NCBI RefSeq assembly: GCF_006345805.1
Contig: NC_043019.1
Location: forward strand, 22,567,360-22,631,359
Direction of reading: 5' to 3'
Length of the DNA stretch: 64,000 bases
Source: Octopus sinensis
Taxonomy: Eukaryota
The position numbers and the translations under genes are program-made. The notes beneath the pieces were generated by a model. That model was not told the origin of the DNA and did no database searches. It saw only the letters and a list, made by a program, of their open reading frames with translations. Below are positions 28,368-43,700 of this stretch, in pieces (the first letter of the stretch is position 1; every line of letters begins with the position of its first letter).

Positions 28368-28529
28368 CCCTATTTTAACGCTTATAAGGAACCCCCTAAT
28401 TTTTGGGGCTTCAAATTTGGAAAAAAAGGTTTTGTAAGGGATTATAGTACTATCCATGTGTAGTAAACTCCCATATTTTTAAACCTAATTTTTGACAAAA
28501 ATGGGTTCCTTAAACATGTTAAAATATGG
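28368..28529. mobile_element. Tc1/mariner-pogo type MITE
   Basis: 27-bp TIRs CCCTATTTTAACGCTTATAAGGAACCC / GGGTTCCTTAAACATGTTAAAATATGG; TA on both flanks. Confidence 0.8.
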
Positions 28530-28674
28530 TATATATATTTAATTTAGGCATTGCAAGACTAATAACCTGGCGTAGAACTCAGTGTATATATGCTTCAGAA
28601 TGGTAATAAGAAAATGAGATGACAAAGGAACAAAGAATTATCTTATGAACTTCATAAGATATTCCTTTGTCATA

Positions 28675-29145
28675 TATATATTATTTATATTAAGAGCATT
28701 ACTATACATAAATGCCTCATGCTAAGAAGGACTCTTAAAGTCAAAACTACCATAATTAACACATTGTACTGAACACAAGGGAATGCAATTCTCGAAGCGA
28801 GCTTTTTAAAAATTCGAAAAGCCCACCTCTTACATAGATATATGTGTGAACAATTCTATGTACTATGCTGGACATGTTTGGTGTTCGTCTGGTTTGTTGA
28901 TTTTTTTGTTGTTCATTTTTATGTGTCTTGATTATGCATGCACTGACAATTAAAAAGTGCATTTTGTGCACTAATTATGAAATATGATCTGCAGCTGAAT
29001 CTGTTTTAAAAGTCTCGCTTCGAGAGTTGCATTCCCTCGCGTGCGGTACAATCTGTTTATTATTTATTGTACTTTTGACTTTAAGAGTCCCTCCTGACAT
29101 AAGGCATTTATGTATAGTAATGCCCTTAATATAAGTAAATATATT
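28675..29145. mobile_element. Foldback/MITE with about 135-bp imperfect terminal inverted repeats
   Basis: 28675-28812 is the diverged reverse complement of 29004-29145. Confidence 0.75.
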
Positions 29146-29623
29146 TAAAGTGAATGATTAATAAATTTTTCCCTTATGAGGTTTTGCACGCTAACTACTT
29201 GATAATTTCTTATAATGATTTTATCCTATTCTTAAATTGTATGTATGATTGATTCAATAATCAGTACAGGTGGATTTGGTAGGCAGAAACTGAAAGAAGC
29301 CTGTCGTATGTATATATATATATGAGTGTGTGTGTGTGTCTTTGTTTGTCCACCACCAGCATTTGACAACTGGTGTTGGTGTGTTTAAGTCCCCATAACT
29401 TAGCAGTTTGGCAGAAGAGCTGATAGAATAAGTAACAGGTTTACAAAGAGTAAATAAATAAATACTGGGGTTGACTTATTTGACTGAAAATTCTTCAAGG
29501 GGGTTGCCCCAGCATGACTGCAATCTAAAGGCCGAAACAAGTGAAAGAACAAAAAGCTACAGAGTGCTAATACACGAAACTCTCAGCCTTTGAGTCATTC
29601 TGTAACTTCTGTTGATTATTAAT

Positions 29624-30082
<459 letters not shown>

Positions 30083-31614
30083 CTAGTATACTTTCCACTG
30101 GTCAATCAAATCTATTAAGACATATTAATCATATTCTCTCCACTTATCTAGTCTTCGTCTATGACCACCACCAGAAATAGGATTATTAGCCTAACTCTAT
30201 TCTTCCTTAATTTTGTGGAAGCCGTCACCCATCCCATGCCTAACTCAAACTTTCTTTACTTTCAGTTTCAGCTCCTCTGTTCCTCCGCCACCTTAATGGC
30301 CTTCCCCTGTATCCTCCACTTCCCACCTTCCTTCCTTTCTACTCACCTTCCTCCATTCTTTAAACCCTTAGACACCTTCCTATCTCAAAAGACTCTTCTT
30401 CTTGCACTTTCCCCATCATCACCAATATACTTCTTTGTTTTTATTTCAGCACTTCTCTCTCTAACAATTCTGCCCACATCTCTCACCGACTCTCAAAGCC
30501 CAGCAGCATATCTTTGCACCCTTACTCGCAGCAATCCAGTCTACCTGGACTCATTCATCATCTTCACCCACTCTTGTCACATATGCTTACCACAACCACC
30601 ACTACTCTACTAAAAAAACAGAGATGGTGGTGAGAAAGAAAACAAAAGCCAAGACATACTGGAAGGACAACACATCATTTCCTACACTTGTTTTTTTCGT
30701 TGGTCACATTCTCCCTGCCTTCACCCCACCCCCAGAATAACAGTTGCAGAGAGAGAGAGAGAGACAGCTGTTTCATTTCTCGTTATTTACCATACATCTA
30801 ATTGGATTATATATATATATACACACACATATATATATATATATAAAGCCCAAACAGCAGTCCAGGTTTTCTTCAGATTTTTTTCATCTTTTGTTTATTT
30901 GTTTTCTTTTTGTTGAGATGGTAGTAGTAGTATTAGCAGTAGTTGTAGTAGTATTCTATGTCACCATAATGCTTATGAGAAAAAGAAAAAAAAAATATGA
31001 GCAATAATGCGGACACAGTTACAGCCAGTGGTCTGTGACAAGCTCCACTAGTTTGTGATAGGGGAGCCAGCCAGTTTGTTACACATTGTTGGCTGTCACA
31101 AACTGGTGTGTGATCAATGTAGGATGTGTAGAAGTTGTGTGTGACTGTATATATGACATCTCACAAAGTGTAACAGTGAGGGCTTATGCAAAATATCTGG
31201 TCGGATTCTGTATAAGAGTGAGACCAGACAGCCGTGTGTCAAAACAGCTTGTAACAATATGTAACACAGCTCACATGAAGTGTGGCAATCCGTGTTGTAT
31301 GTGACAAAGCATGACAGCACACAGTGCAACAAACCCACAGAATAATGTGACTTCTGTGTTGTGACATGTTACATACTGTAAAGCTGTTACATAATGTGTG
31401 ACAGGGCTCAAAGTGTAACTTGGACCGAAACAGTTAGAGGCCCATGCGAAGTATGAAGTAGTAAAAGAATAAAAAAAAAATTCAGAGAGAAGAGGAGGCT
31501 GTCATTCAGTACTCAGTAGTAGTCAGAGATTTGTGTATGCATGTGTGGTGTGTTTATGGAGATATGTGTGTGTCTGTGTGTATTGGTGTAATTAACTCAG
31601 TCCAGCAAAGGTGG

Positions 31615-31708
31615 TTAGCATTTCTCTGCCCCTTGTTCACTCTCCATCCGACTGAAAACACGTAATCTGCGGGCACTGCTGGTGGCACATTTGACCACTT
31701 CAATCCAT
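31615..31708 (-). CDS. FARP1: FARP terminal coding exon ([30 protein letters not shown])
   Basis: Acceptor tctctgttacag; in frame with the preceding exon; TAA stop at 31617-31615. Confidence 0.93.
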
Positions 31709-34700
31709 CTGTAACAGAGATAAAGAGATGCATTAGTTGTATTGCATGCATGTGAAGACACACACAGACAATTTTTACTATGTTTGACATAGAGGTTAGG
31801 TGGGACATTGTAGTAATAATAATGACTATTATTTTATTAAATTATTTTCAAAATTAATTAAAATGAAGACACTGTATTTTTAAAGAAATCTGGTAATGAA
31901 AGTGTGTTTTTATTTTAGAGAGACACGAGTTCCTCTGAATCAATTTGTCAGACCAAAATTCTCCAAACTGAGAACTGCTACACATTTGTGCTTCACCATT
32001 TAGTATTTAAACCGGCCATATCCAGCCAAAAGTATTCCGCCTGTTTTATGTTCAAACTGGCCAGATCTGGCTTCTCACATCAACCTTACAATATCATTCT
32101 AAAAATTAACGGTTGCCCCATCAAAATCTCATAGCTACAAGATAATGCATGATTAGTTCAAAACAGTGAGAATAAATGAGCATTAATTTTGGCAGAATAA
32201 TGCGAACACTAAAGGGTTAATCTCTAAATGAAGTCAATCAGTTTTTACAAATATTTTGCTATGAGGTATAGCTGATGACTCACGTATTCATCAAGACACG
32301 ATTTGGTATTTAATTGAAAATGAAACTTAATGTATCAAATATTTCATTTTTAAAATGTGTGTTGCCAATGAGAAAAGTTTAGGAAACTTCAATTTATGTA
32401 ATCTGTACAAAGACAAATTTTTCTTGTAGCCCTGCAATGACCAGCTAGATCACAGACTGGCATTGTTGCCATCATTATTATCATTGTTACCATCATTATT
32501 AATTAAATCGAATGCCAAGACTCACCTCTGAAATGTGTATTCACTTTCTGCTCGGAAGAAATAGACATGGTTTTTGAACTGGAGTTTGAAGACATGATCC
32601 TTGGTGATCTTGTCTTCTTCTGATGGTATGTTGACAGCATAACCAAGCAATGGGAGGCTGGCCAGAGGGAATTCATCCTGAAAAGAGAAAATATAAATAA
32701 ACTGCTGCAAAACCCTGAATGAATGGAATTGTAAAAAAAAAAAACGAGGGGAAACTTTATGTACATCACATCATACTGTGTTTTCTACACCAGGATCTCC
32801 ACTGGCCAAAGTTGACCATACCTTCGTCCATGTATGTACAGGTTTTGGGAAACATTTTTTTAAGGAAGACTGGTAGTTATCCATGCATAAGAATATTTCT
32901 CCATGTCACGGAGTAGTTGGCGTTAGAAAGAGCATCCAGCTGTAGTAACACTGCCAAATCAGACCAGAGCCTGGTGCAGCCTCCATGGCTTACAAGACCC
33001 CCAGTCAAACCGTCCAACCAATGCTAGCATGGAAAACGGACGTTAAATGATGATGATGTCACTGACGTTTATCAAAGGAAAAAACTGCAAACTCGGGGTG
33101 ATACAGTTTGGCACCAGTATAGTCACAGGTGTTGCGGTCAGAACATAAAGTAGCCTGAACAGATTCTACAAAGCATCTTACCCCCCGATTCATTGCCTCC
33201 CTACCACCCTCACCACAACAGCTTTACCAATCCACAACATTACATGGGTCCTTTTATCGACCCTGAAAGAATTAAGGGCAGAGTTGATCTCAGTGGGATT
33301 TTGTACTCACAGTACAGGGAGCTGGAATAAGTACTGCAAAGTATTCTATCAAACATTGTAACATCTCTACCAATTTGCTGCCCCCTTTATTTCCAGAGGT
33401 GGGGCAGTACCTTCTCCACAAGTGATGTATACATAAACTCAATGCCTGTTAATCTAGATAGACACCACCTTAGCTCACCTGTCCATGCCCTAAGGGATGA
33501 CAGCTGAAGAGAGAGAGAATGAGAGCAACACTCAGTCGGTACTCATTTTCAACTGAGTAGACCGAAGCAACGTGAACTGAAACGCCTTGCTCAAGGATAC
33601 GATGTATTGCTAAGTCCTACAATTGAAACCAGAAACCTATGATTACAAGTTCAGCAGCCTAAACACTAGGCCACCATGTTTACCCAAACACAGTTGACTA
33701 CCATATAATAATAATATTGTACTTACTTGGTAGGTCTTGTAGAAAAACAAGCAGAAATTTGTGAAAACCACCCATAGCTTTTGCCATCCATTGCTGGTTT
33801 TGAATTTTCTCAGGAGATAACCACTGAGCTGGTTCTGTAAAAATAAAATAGAAAATAACAATAAATGTGCTTGCAAATTAGTCTATAGGTATACAATAGA
33901 AGTTGCGGCGAGCTGGCAGAAACGTTAGCATGCCGGGAGAAATGCTTAGCAGTATTTTGTCTGTCGCTACGTTCTGAGTTCAAATTCCGCCGAGGTCGAC
34001 TTTGCACTGGGGTTGATATAATTGACTCAAACCATTTGTCTGTCCTTGTTTGTCCCCTCTGTGTGTAGCCCCTTGTGGGTAGTAAAGAAATAGGTATACA
34101 ATAGAAGCTGCTTATTGTGATTACTTTGAGAGGGAACTATTAAGATAGCAATGACTAACTGATAACATTAACACTGATGAAACGAACCTGTCTAAGACTG
34201 TGTCTCGCTCCACAGTTCAAACTTTGTGGGTTTACATTGAACTAAAGTAAAATTTTCTAAGCATCAGTTGGTGCCAGTCACCATTGAGAAGTTAGGTGTT
34301 CTAGGACCCCATACCACTGATTTCCTCAACAAAATAGGGATAATGGTGGCCCATTAGAGAAATGAGCCCCACGAAGTGGAGTGGCTGCTGCAGCAAATGC
34401 CATTGGTTATTCTCTGCAGCAATGCGATCGCAGTCATTATTACAAAGTACAGCAGAGCACACCAATAGTTCTGGGGTATGCGGCCCCCATTGCCTCCTCC
34501 CATCCATCTTTTGTTGCTTTACTCTCCCTTTTCCCTCTCCTTTCTTATCTCTGTTTTTCCTGTTTCTTTGCATTTAAATGTTATAAATAAACAGTTAATC
34601 AGGGAAAAATATATATACTCTTTTTACTTGTTTCAGTCATTTGACTGTGGCGATGCTGGAGCACCGCCTTTAGTCGACCAAATCGACCCCAGGACTTATT

Positions 34701-37700
34701 CTTTGTAAGCCCAGTACTTATTCTATCGATCTCTTTTGTTGAACCGTTAAGTTACGGGGATGTAAACACACCAGCATCTGTTGTCAAGCAATGTTGGAGG
34801 GGACAAACATAGACACACATACACACACACACACATATATATAACGGGCTTCTTTTCAGTTCTTGTCTGCCAACTCCACTCATAAGGCATTGGTCGGCCC
34901 GAGGCTATAGTAGAAGACACTTGCCCAAGGTGCCATGCAGTGGGAATGAACCTGGAACCCTGCGGTTGGTAAGCAAGCTACTTACCACACCGCCACTCCT
35001 GTGTCTATATACATATAATTTCATGTTGATTTATGAATAATAATGGCCAAATTACTTCACTAAATTCTTCATTATTCTCAAAATTGATTGAAACAAAGAC
35101 AGCATATTTTAACAGGTTTGTGTTCTGTGACTCACCTGAAACTGCCCCTATTTCTATGATACAAACTTCCTGTTTTAAAATAATCTTAACTAAAATCTTC
35201 CAAGGTTTCATTTTAATTATGTTCCAAACACTAGATTAATAACGACAAAGTTACTTTAACTTCTTCATTATTTTCAAAATTAATTAATATAAAAGTAGTG
35301 TATTTTAATGTATTTAGGAAACTAGTTACACAATCATGTCTCTTGGTTCAATGTTGCTGCATAATTCTTTGGGCAAGAATTTTCTGCTCCAGTTTTTGGT
35401 TGACCATTGTCGTGTAAGTGAAATTTGTGTGTATGTATGTAAATACATGCACCACAGCCTTCTTTCAATTTTCACCTACCAGATCCACTCACAAGGCATT
35501 GATCATCCTGAGGCTAGAGTAGAAAACACTTACCCAAAATGCCATGTGGAGGCACAATGGCCTAGTGGTTACAGCAGTGGACTCGTGGTCAACAGATTGC
35601 AGGTTCGAATCTCAGACTAGGTGATGTGTGTGATTTTGAGTGAAACATCTAAGTTCCACGTGGCTCTGGCAGAAGGTAATGGCAAACATCTGCTGACTCT
35701 TTCGCCACAGCTTTCTCTCACTCTTTCCTCCTGCATTTAGCAGATCACCTGCGATGGACTGGTGTCCTGCCCAGGTGGGGAACCTCTATGCCAGTGAAAC
35801 TGGCCCAGACATGGCTCAAGAAGGAACAAACAACAAGATGCCATGCATTGGGAGTGAACCTGAAACCTTGTGAAACAAACTTCTTAGCCACACGTCAGTG
35901 TGTGTATGTATATTTACATACACACACACACACACACAAATTTCACTTACAAGACTGTGGTCAACCACTTCTGATCACTTTAGCAATGCAACTACACATG
36001 GTGTTGGTGATTTTTTTTTTCCCTACCCGACGAAGAGCTATGCTCAAAACGTCAAAAACTCTCTTTTTACTGAGAGTCAAACTAATGCATTCCTTGTGCA
36101 AGTCTTCTTGTTGTTTGTTATTGTTATTTTTAATGTTCATTTATTTGATTTGATTATATATATAAGCCATCCAGCGCCGCCTTGACTGGCTTCCATGTCG
36201 GTGGCACATAAAAACCACCAACTGATCATGGCCGTTGCCAGCCTTCCTTGGCACCTGTGCCGGTGGCATGTAAAAAGTACCCACTACACTCACGGAGTGG
36301 TTGGCGTTAGGAAGGGCATCCAGCTGTAGAAACTCTGCCAGATCAGACTGGAGCCTGGTGCAGCCTCCTGGCTTCCCAGACCCTGGTCGAACCGTCCAAC
36401 CCATGCTAGCATGGAAAATGGACGTTAAACGATGATGATATATATATATATATAGGTAGATAGATAGATAGATCTTTTCTGTTAATTCTCCATTAATTTT
36501 TTCTTTTGTCTCCATTTTCTTTTCCTTTTCAGAGAAATTCTGAAACTACTTGGTAGAGAGAGAAAGAAAAAGAGAGAATAAACTCACCTTAACAGCTTTG
36601 TCGTGGTCTCTCATACTCACACTGGTGTTACGGTGCCAACATACATGCATAGTAGTGTTGCCTCGATGTTGTATTTGCTTTTCTGGGCTAGGAGGAGACG
36701 TACCGAGTTTGTCGATATCCGAGGAGCCGGTTGTAGAAACATTCTCATTGGAGCCTGAAATATAGTCATGATGAAATGTTACCATGCACACAGTCAGTTG
36801 ATCAACTCTTGGTTCCGACAATGACACAGTTTGGTAACGAATAAGACTACCTACTCATGGTATCTTAATGAATGTATCTTATTTTCACTGGTTGCAGTGA
36901 GTGGACAGTGGTCATGCTGGAATGACACCTTCAAGGAGGTTGAATTCATCATGTCAATCCCATTACATATATTAGTCTGGCATCTATTTTACCAATATCT
37001 ATGTGTTGGACTGCTAAGTCTCAAGACAAAGTGACACAACATAAAGATATGTGTGCATGTCTACAAACACACACGTATATAATTTTAACCCTTTAGTGTT
37101 TAAACCGGCCATATCCGGCCCAAATATTCTAAATGTTTTATATTCAAATTGGCCATATCTAGCCTCTCACACCTAACCTACAGTGACATTCTAAAAATAA
37201 ACAATCATATCATTGAAACCTCAAAGCTATAACACAATGCATGATTAATTCAAAATAATTTAAGTGAAAAAGTATTACATTTAATAGAGAAATTTGAACA
37301 CCAAAGGGTTAAAGTAGATACAGCTATCCAAGCCAACCAGCATGAACCCCACCTTTCTTACTGGTTCAACAATGCAAACTCCCTATGTAAAGTGACCTCA
37401 AAAGTTCCTATTAAAATTTCATGTTAATTTATGTTAATTTATGTTTCAAACATTATCTTAAATTCTTCATTATTAAAAAAAAATTGAAACAAAACACAGT
37501 GTATTCTAACAGAAATATAGCAATAAAAGGGTAGGTTGGAGAAGTGGTTAAAGGCCATCCATATGCACTTTCTGTATGTACATATAATGTAGTTTAACCC
37601 TTTCGTTACTGCATTTATTTTGAGATGCTCTGTGTTTCTTTCAATTATTTTAAATATAACAAAGAATTTAGTAAAATAATTTAATTATCATTAAGCTAGT

Positions 37701-40700
37701 GTTAGGAACATAAATTGCGACTAAGGTTTGGTATTATATTTTAATGAAAAACTTAAGAAAACAAGACACTTGTACTACAGAGCCAGAGCCAGTTTTGGCC
37801 GGGATGGTAATGAAAGGGTTAAAATATGGATTCATAGAATCCAGTAACAATTACTGAAGGCTCCTGTAGAGGACATCTGACTACCATAATACATAGTTAT
37901 CTAATATGGAGGATGAAAGCAAGGAAGTCCAATCTATTAAATTATTTCATGAGGAGTATATAGATCATAAAGTGTCAGGAGGCATGAAAGGTGAATATAT
38001 TTATTTAACCAATTGATATCCGTGGGATGAAAGCTGTTTCACATCCTTCATCATGTAATGATAATTTCAGGGTGTAATAAATTATTTTACATGTCTGCAC
38101 CAATATGCATGCTACATATTGCATAGTACTATTGTACATTTACAAACCAATGCAGATATATAAGGCTAGCTCTTCAGATCAACAAAACATCATGGTTACA
38201 TCAATAATGATTCAACTCTCTCTCTCCACTCACTCATACACACACACACACTCAGGGCTTCAATACAACCCCTCAAATTTCGATCGCAAAACATATGTCC
38301 ACCCAAAACTTTAGTAGAAGATACCTATCCAAGGTGCCATGCTGTGGAATTGAACCTGAAGCCACATGATCAAAATTTGAAATTGTTAACTACACAACAC
38401 CACAATTTATACAATAACATTAGCAACCTCATGGCAATTAAAGATGTTAACTACTTTATATCAACTAAAAATCAACAAAAACAAAAGTAAATCTTGCAAA
38501 AACAGTACAAATAATGATAAAGTATCTATTTTTTACCCTGCAAATAATTTCCATCTTGGTATCCCTCCATCAGGAAAGGGAATTCATGTACTTTTCTCCT
38601 CATATTGAGAATTATAGTTTTACATGAACTAATTAAATAACATACAAATGAGCTAACATTAATTGGTTTAACCCAATGTACATAATACCGCCAGGCAAAA
38701 ACAATAATTGGTCAATTTAGTACTCACTAGTAGTGGACCGAATGCTGCCATACTTCAGCCTATCATCAGTTTGTTTTTTGGCCATAGAAATTGAGAAGTT
38801 CAAGTCTTCAATCCACTTGTCTTTCTCTTCTTCAGAACTGGTGAAATAAAGTAACACACAAAATAAACAAAATGCCAGCTAAAGACAATACATTTTAAAC
38901 TCTTCCACTCAAACTAGTTTTCCACATTGATGATACTATCAGTTGGGCACAATCCTTCACAGACAATATTTTGTGTCAATATTTTTTTCAGTGACTGAGC
39001 AGGATTTGAACTCTGAATGCATAAGGTTGGAGCAGATATCACAAAGCGTCCCCCAAAGTCCATCCCCTCCTCACCGTGGTGGGGACGCTGGCAACGGGTA
39101 GTGTCGGAGCTATGCCGTCGGGAACTTCGGTTCCTGGTAGGGCCACCCAAGGCGAATTGGTCTGACACCGAGTGGTATTAGGGCCACAACCCGGCAGACG
39201 GGGCTCTGGTGAAAATCCTCGGAGTGTCTGTTTCGGCAACCGGTGGCTCCTCGGTCGTTCTGTCCCTGTGTCTGTGGACAATCTGTGGCAAACAGGATGT
39301 CTCTACATGCGGGATTGTTGGGGACCACTTGTGAAATTCATATTCCCACAAAACTTCTTCCACCGCCATGGTTCGAGATGCCTCGAGGGTGGTGGAGGAA
39401 GCCGACTCAACCCACCCAGGGTGAATGTCACCACAAGTACAAGTAAGTAAGTAAGATATCACAAAGCATTTTGTCTGATGCTGTCATGATTCTGCCAATT
39501 CACCACTCTGGACAGTTGCATCAAGAGGTGCCGATATCTCTAATTGTGAAGGGAACATGTGGAAGAGGTAGACCTGGGAAGACGGGATGAAGTAGTGAGA
39601 AAAGATCTTAGATGTTGGGCCTTACAGAGGGGTCGACAAAGGACCGTGACCCCAGATAGTTTGCTGTGCTTGAGAAGATAGGTCAAGCTAAGTAAATTCC
39701 TGGTCATCCTTGCATACAGACATGTCCCCCTGCCTCCTTCTTCAGCCGAGCATTCCTAATCTTGGGAGTGCAGGTGCCACATAAAAACACATATGCCAGT
39801 GCTATATAAAAGCACCAGCACACTCTGTACAGTGGTTGGTGTTAGGAAGGGCATCCAGCCATAGAAACCATGCCAAATCAGACATGGGCCCTGGGCAGCT
39901 CTTCAGCTGGTCAACTCTTGTCAAACTGTTCAACTCATGCCAGCACGGAAAACAAACATTAAGTGATGATGATGATGGACAGATATATTTTTTTTATTCA
40001 GATCCTGAAGGGATGAAAGGTGAAGTTGACCGTAGTAAGATTTGAACTCTGAATGTTAAGGGTCAGAAGAAATGCCACAAAGCATTTTTCTGACCCTCTA
40101 ACAATTCTGCCAGCTCATTGTCTTTGAAAATAATAATTTCTTAATGGTCACAGAACCATCTACAAACAATTTCACTACTGACACTCCATACATTTCTCTC
40201 CAGACAAAAAGGTAAAAAAAAACATTCACCTGGCAGCAACGAGAATACATTTGTTTCCACCATAGATTGTAAAACTATTTGCCACAGCTACTTTGGAAAT
40301 ATCAGATTCTTCGACCTGCAAAATTCAGAACAAAATAATTTCTTGGAGTAATGTTAATAATAATAATAATAATAAAAATGATTTCAAATTTTGGCCCAAT
40401 ACCAGTAATGTTTTGAGGGAGGAAGGGAGATAGTTGATTACCACTGACTCCAGTGCCCAAATGATACTTATTTTATCAACTCTGAAAGGGACAAAAAGCT
40501 AAGCTGATCTCAATAGTAACTGTCAGAACATAAGGCCAGAGGAAATGGCTTAATAATAATAATAATAATTTCTTTCTACTATAATAGGCTCAAGGCCTGA
40601 AATTTTGAGGGAGGGAGATTGTGGATTTCATTGACCGCAGTGCTTGACTGGTACTTATTTTATCAATTTTGAAAGGCTGAAAGGCAAAGTTAATCTCAGC

Positions 40701-43700
40701 AGAATTTGAACTTAGAATGTAAAGAAGGACGAAATGCTACCAAGCATTTTGTTTGGCATGCTAACAATTCTGCCAGCTTTCCACCTTAACCCTTTAGTAT
40801 TTAAACCGGCCAAAATAGTTAATCTGTTTTATGTTCAAACTGACCTACCCTACAATGTTATTCTACATTAGGTAATTACACCATCAACATCTTGAAGATA
40901 TGAGACAATGCATGATTAATTCAAATTAATGGGAATCAATAGGCATTATGTTTGATTAAATATTCTGAACACTAAAGGGTTAATAATAATTATTGTAATA
41001 ATGTGTTCTAACTGCAAAACCTGTGATGAGACAAGTACCAAATTGTATCAGCACAATCTAGGAAGTTTCCCGTAGGCTAGCAAAATGGAGAGGGGAGAAT
41101 TGCCTGCACTTCATCTTCCTCAGAAACATCTTCCCTAAGCCTGTGTATACATGTACAGTTGAATGGTCAACACTGACCAACAGAGTCCCCTAGATAATAT
41201 AGAGTCCATAATAAACAATGTTGGAATAAAAAAAAAGAAGAGAAAAATGGTCATGGTTTGGAATGTCTTTGGTTAGGGTAAACCTTGGGCTAAACACCAA
41301 CAACTGTTGTTTTAAGGTGACCTACTCCCATATCTCAATCCTGTATCGTGTCTCTAGTGTGAGGCAGAACACTTGAGATCTTGTGTTTTCCTCTGCCATG
41401 GTCACTGCAGAAAGAACCAGCTATTATTGGTCAGTTTTGTTAAATCGACAATGTACGGTCACATTACCAGCTAGAAATAACACTTAAATACCCCTTAAAT
41501 CACAAGCTACTGTCTTTGACAGAAAGGCGGGATAGATTGGATAATGTAGTCATAGCCATCACTTTATTTGTTTTATAAATAGTCTATGTTTGGAATGTCT
41601 TTGATCCATGTCTACTACATCAGAGCCGACCTGAGGCAAAACAATAAGCCCACCACCACCACCCCACCCAACCATATCATTGTCAGTAACTCCTATTCCT
41701 CTAAGATCATGTCTTACTTCCTTGTGTTATGACGTCAAAAGTTACAAGGTCAAAGGTTAAAGGGTCAAAGAGCACCAGTGAATGGTCCATCTGAAACACT
41801 AGTCAACTTACCATCATTCCTCGAAGAGGTAACTGGCCGTGCACTTTAAACTGGAGTAGAGATGTTGCTGTCCGACTTGTGTAGATTAGCATATCTGAAA
41901 ACTGCATTGAACGATATTTTGAGCATCATCATCATGTTAATCACTGTTAGTAAAGTGCAAGATACATACTAAACACAAGTACACACACACAACTGGCAAG
42001 CTTCCATATCTACCAAATTTCACTTGCTAAGCATTGGTCATTCAGAGGCTATAGTAGAAAGCAGCACACACACACACACACACATAAGGTTAACTGAGTT
42101 AGAGGTTAAAGCAACCATCTAAGGGATAAAAGTATCCACTACACAACCAGGATATAACCTATATTTAAACCATTGAACATACATATGCAAGCATATTATG
42201 CTCATAAATTATAGGTAAAGACAAGGATAAACATGAGTTTATCAGGAATCAAAATTTAAAGAAAACAAAAAATAGAGAAATATTGATGAACAAACTTACA
42301 TCAATTATTATTTATTAATTTAATGCAAATAGACTTCATCCCATCTAACAGCTGTTTCTGCTTCCAATGTTGTATGGTATTGCCATTGATATACTAAAAA
42401 TATTTACCATATTTGGCAATAAAACCTATCTGAAACATGGAGCCTCGGCTCCAAAGTTGTATGGAGGCCATGATTGAAGCCAATGGCAATTTTATTCAAT
42501 AAATTTACTCTTTAGTATTTCAAGATATTTTTATGTAATTTTGGTAAAAATATCTGTTAAAATGAGATGTCAGTGTTATTTTCCTTTTTGCATAATTTAG
42601 ATGACACTTTATTCACTGCACCCTGTATTCTTAAACAAGAATGCTGTTGACAGTGACTTCAAAGTCACTGTCTGTCCAACAATGACTTGACTGTCTGAAA
42701 ATTCGAAGTCCCTATCAAAAATATTCTTGTTTAAGAATAAACTTGTACTCAACAAAAGTGTAGATTAACCCATCAGATTAATGTAGAATTGTTTTTATTA
42801 TAACTAAACATAAAAACTAACATTAACTTATATATATACATGTATGTATGTATATATACACACAAATGCATACGTATAAACTAATAATATAGAAATATCC
42901 TTAGAAGTATAGATACATATTTTCACAAGACATGCAAACATCCAAATGAATGCACTCAAGTATTCATACACATGCTATATACACATATTTATTCACTAAA
43001 AATACAAATACACCTTTCATCAAACTCACTGGTACAAGACAAACACACACACACACACTAACCATCTATATGAACTAAACACACATACTCACTATACCCA
43101 GTCACACATGCTCTGAGTAAAACAGGATTACTATTGACAATTTTTGATAAGACTTACCAAGAAGAACATTCTCTGTTGGTATCCTTTACGGGAAAACTTC
43201 TGCAGACATCCTTCTCGAATGAATTCCTGCAAATAGAAGATCTTTAGTGAAAACAGAGACACTGGAAAATTAGTGACAGTATATCTCATACTCATTTACT
43301 TGTTTCAGTCATTTGACTATGGCCATGCTGGAGCACCGCCTTTAGTCGAGCAAATCGACCCCGGGACTTATTCTTTGTAAGCCCAGTACTTATTCTATCG
43401 GTCTCTTTTGCCGAACCGCTAAATGACAGGGACGTAAACACACCAGCATCTGTTATCAAGCAATGCTAGGGGGACAAACACAGACACACAAACACATATA
43501 TATATATATATATATACATATATACGACAGGCTTCTTTCAGTTTCCGTCTACCAAATCCACTCACAAGGCATTGGTTGGCCCGGGGCTATAGCAGAAGAC
43601 GCCCAAGATGCCACGCAGTGGGACTGAACCCGGAATCATGTGGTTGGTTAGCAAGCTACTTACCACACAGCCACTCCTGCGCCTATATATTAATACTTTT

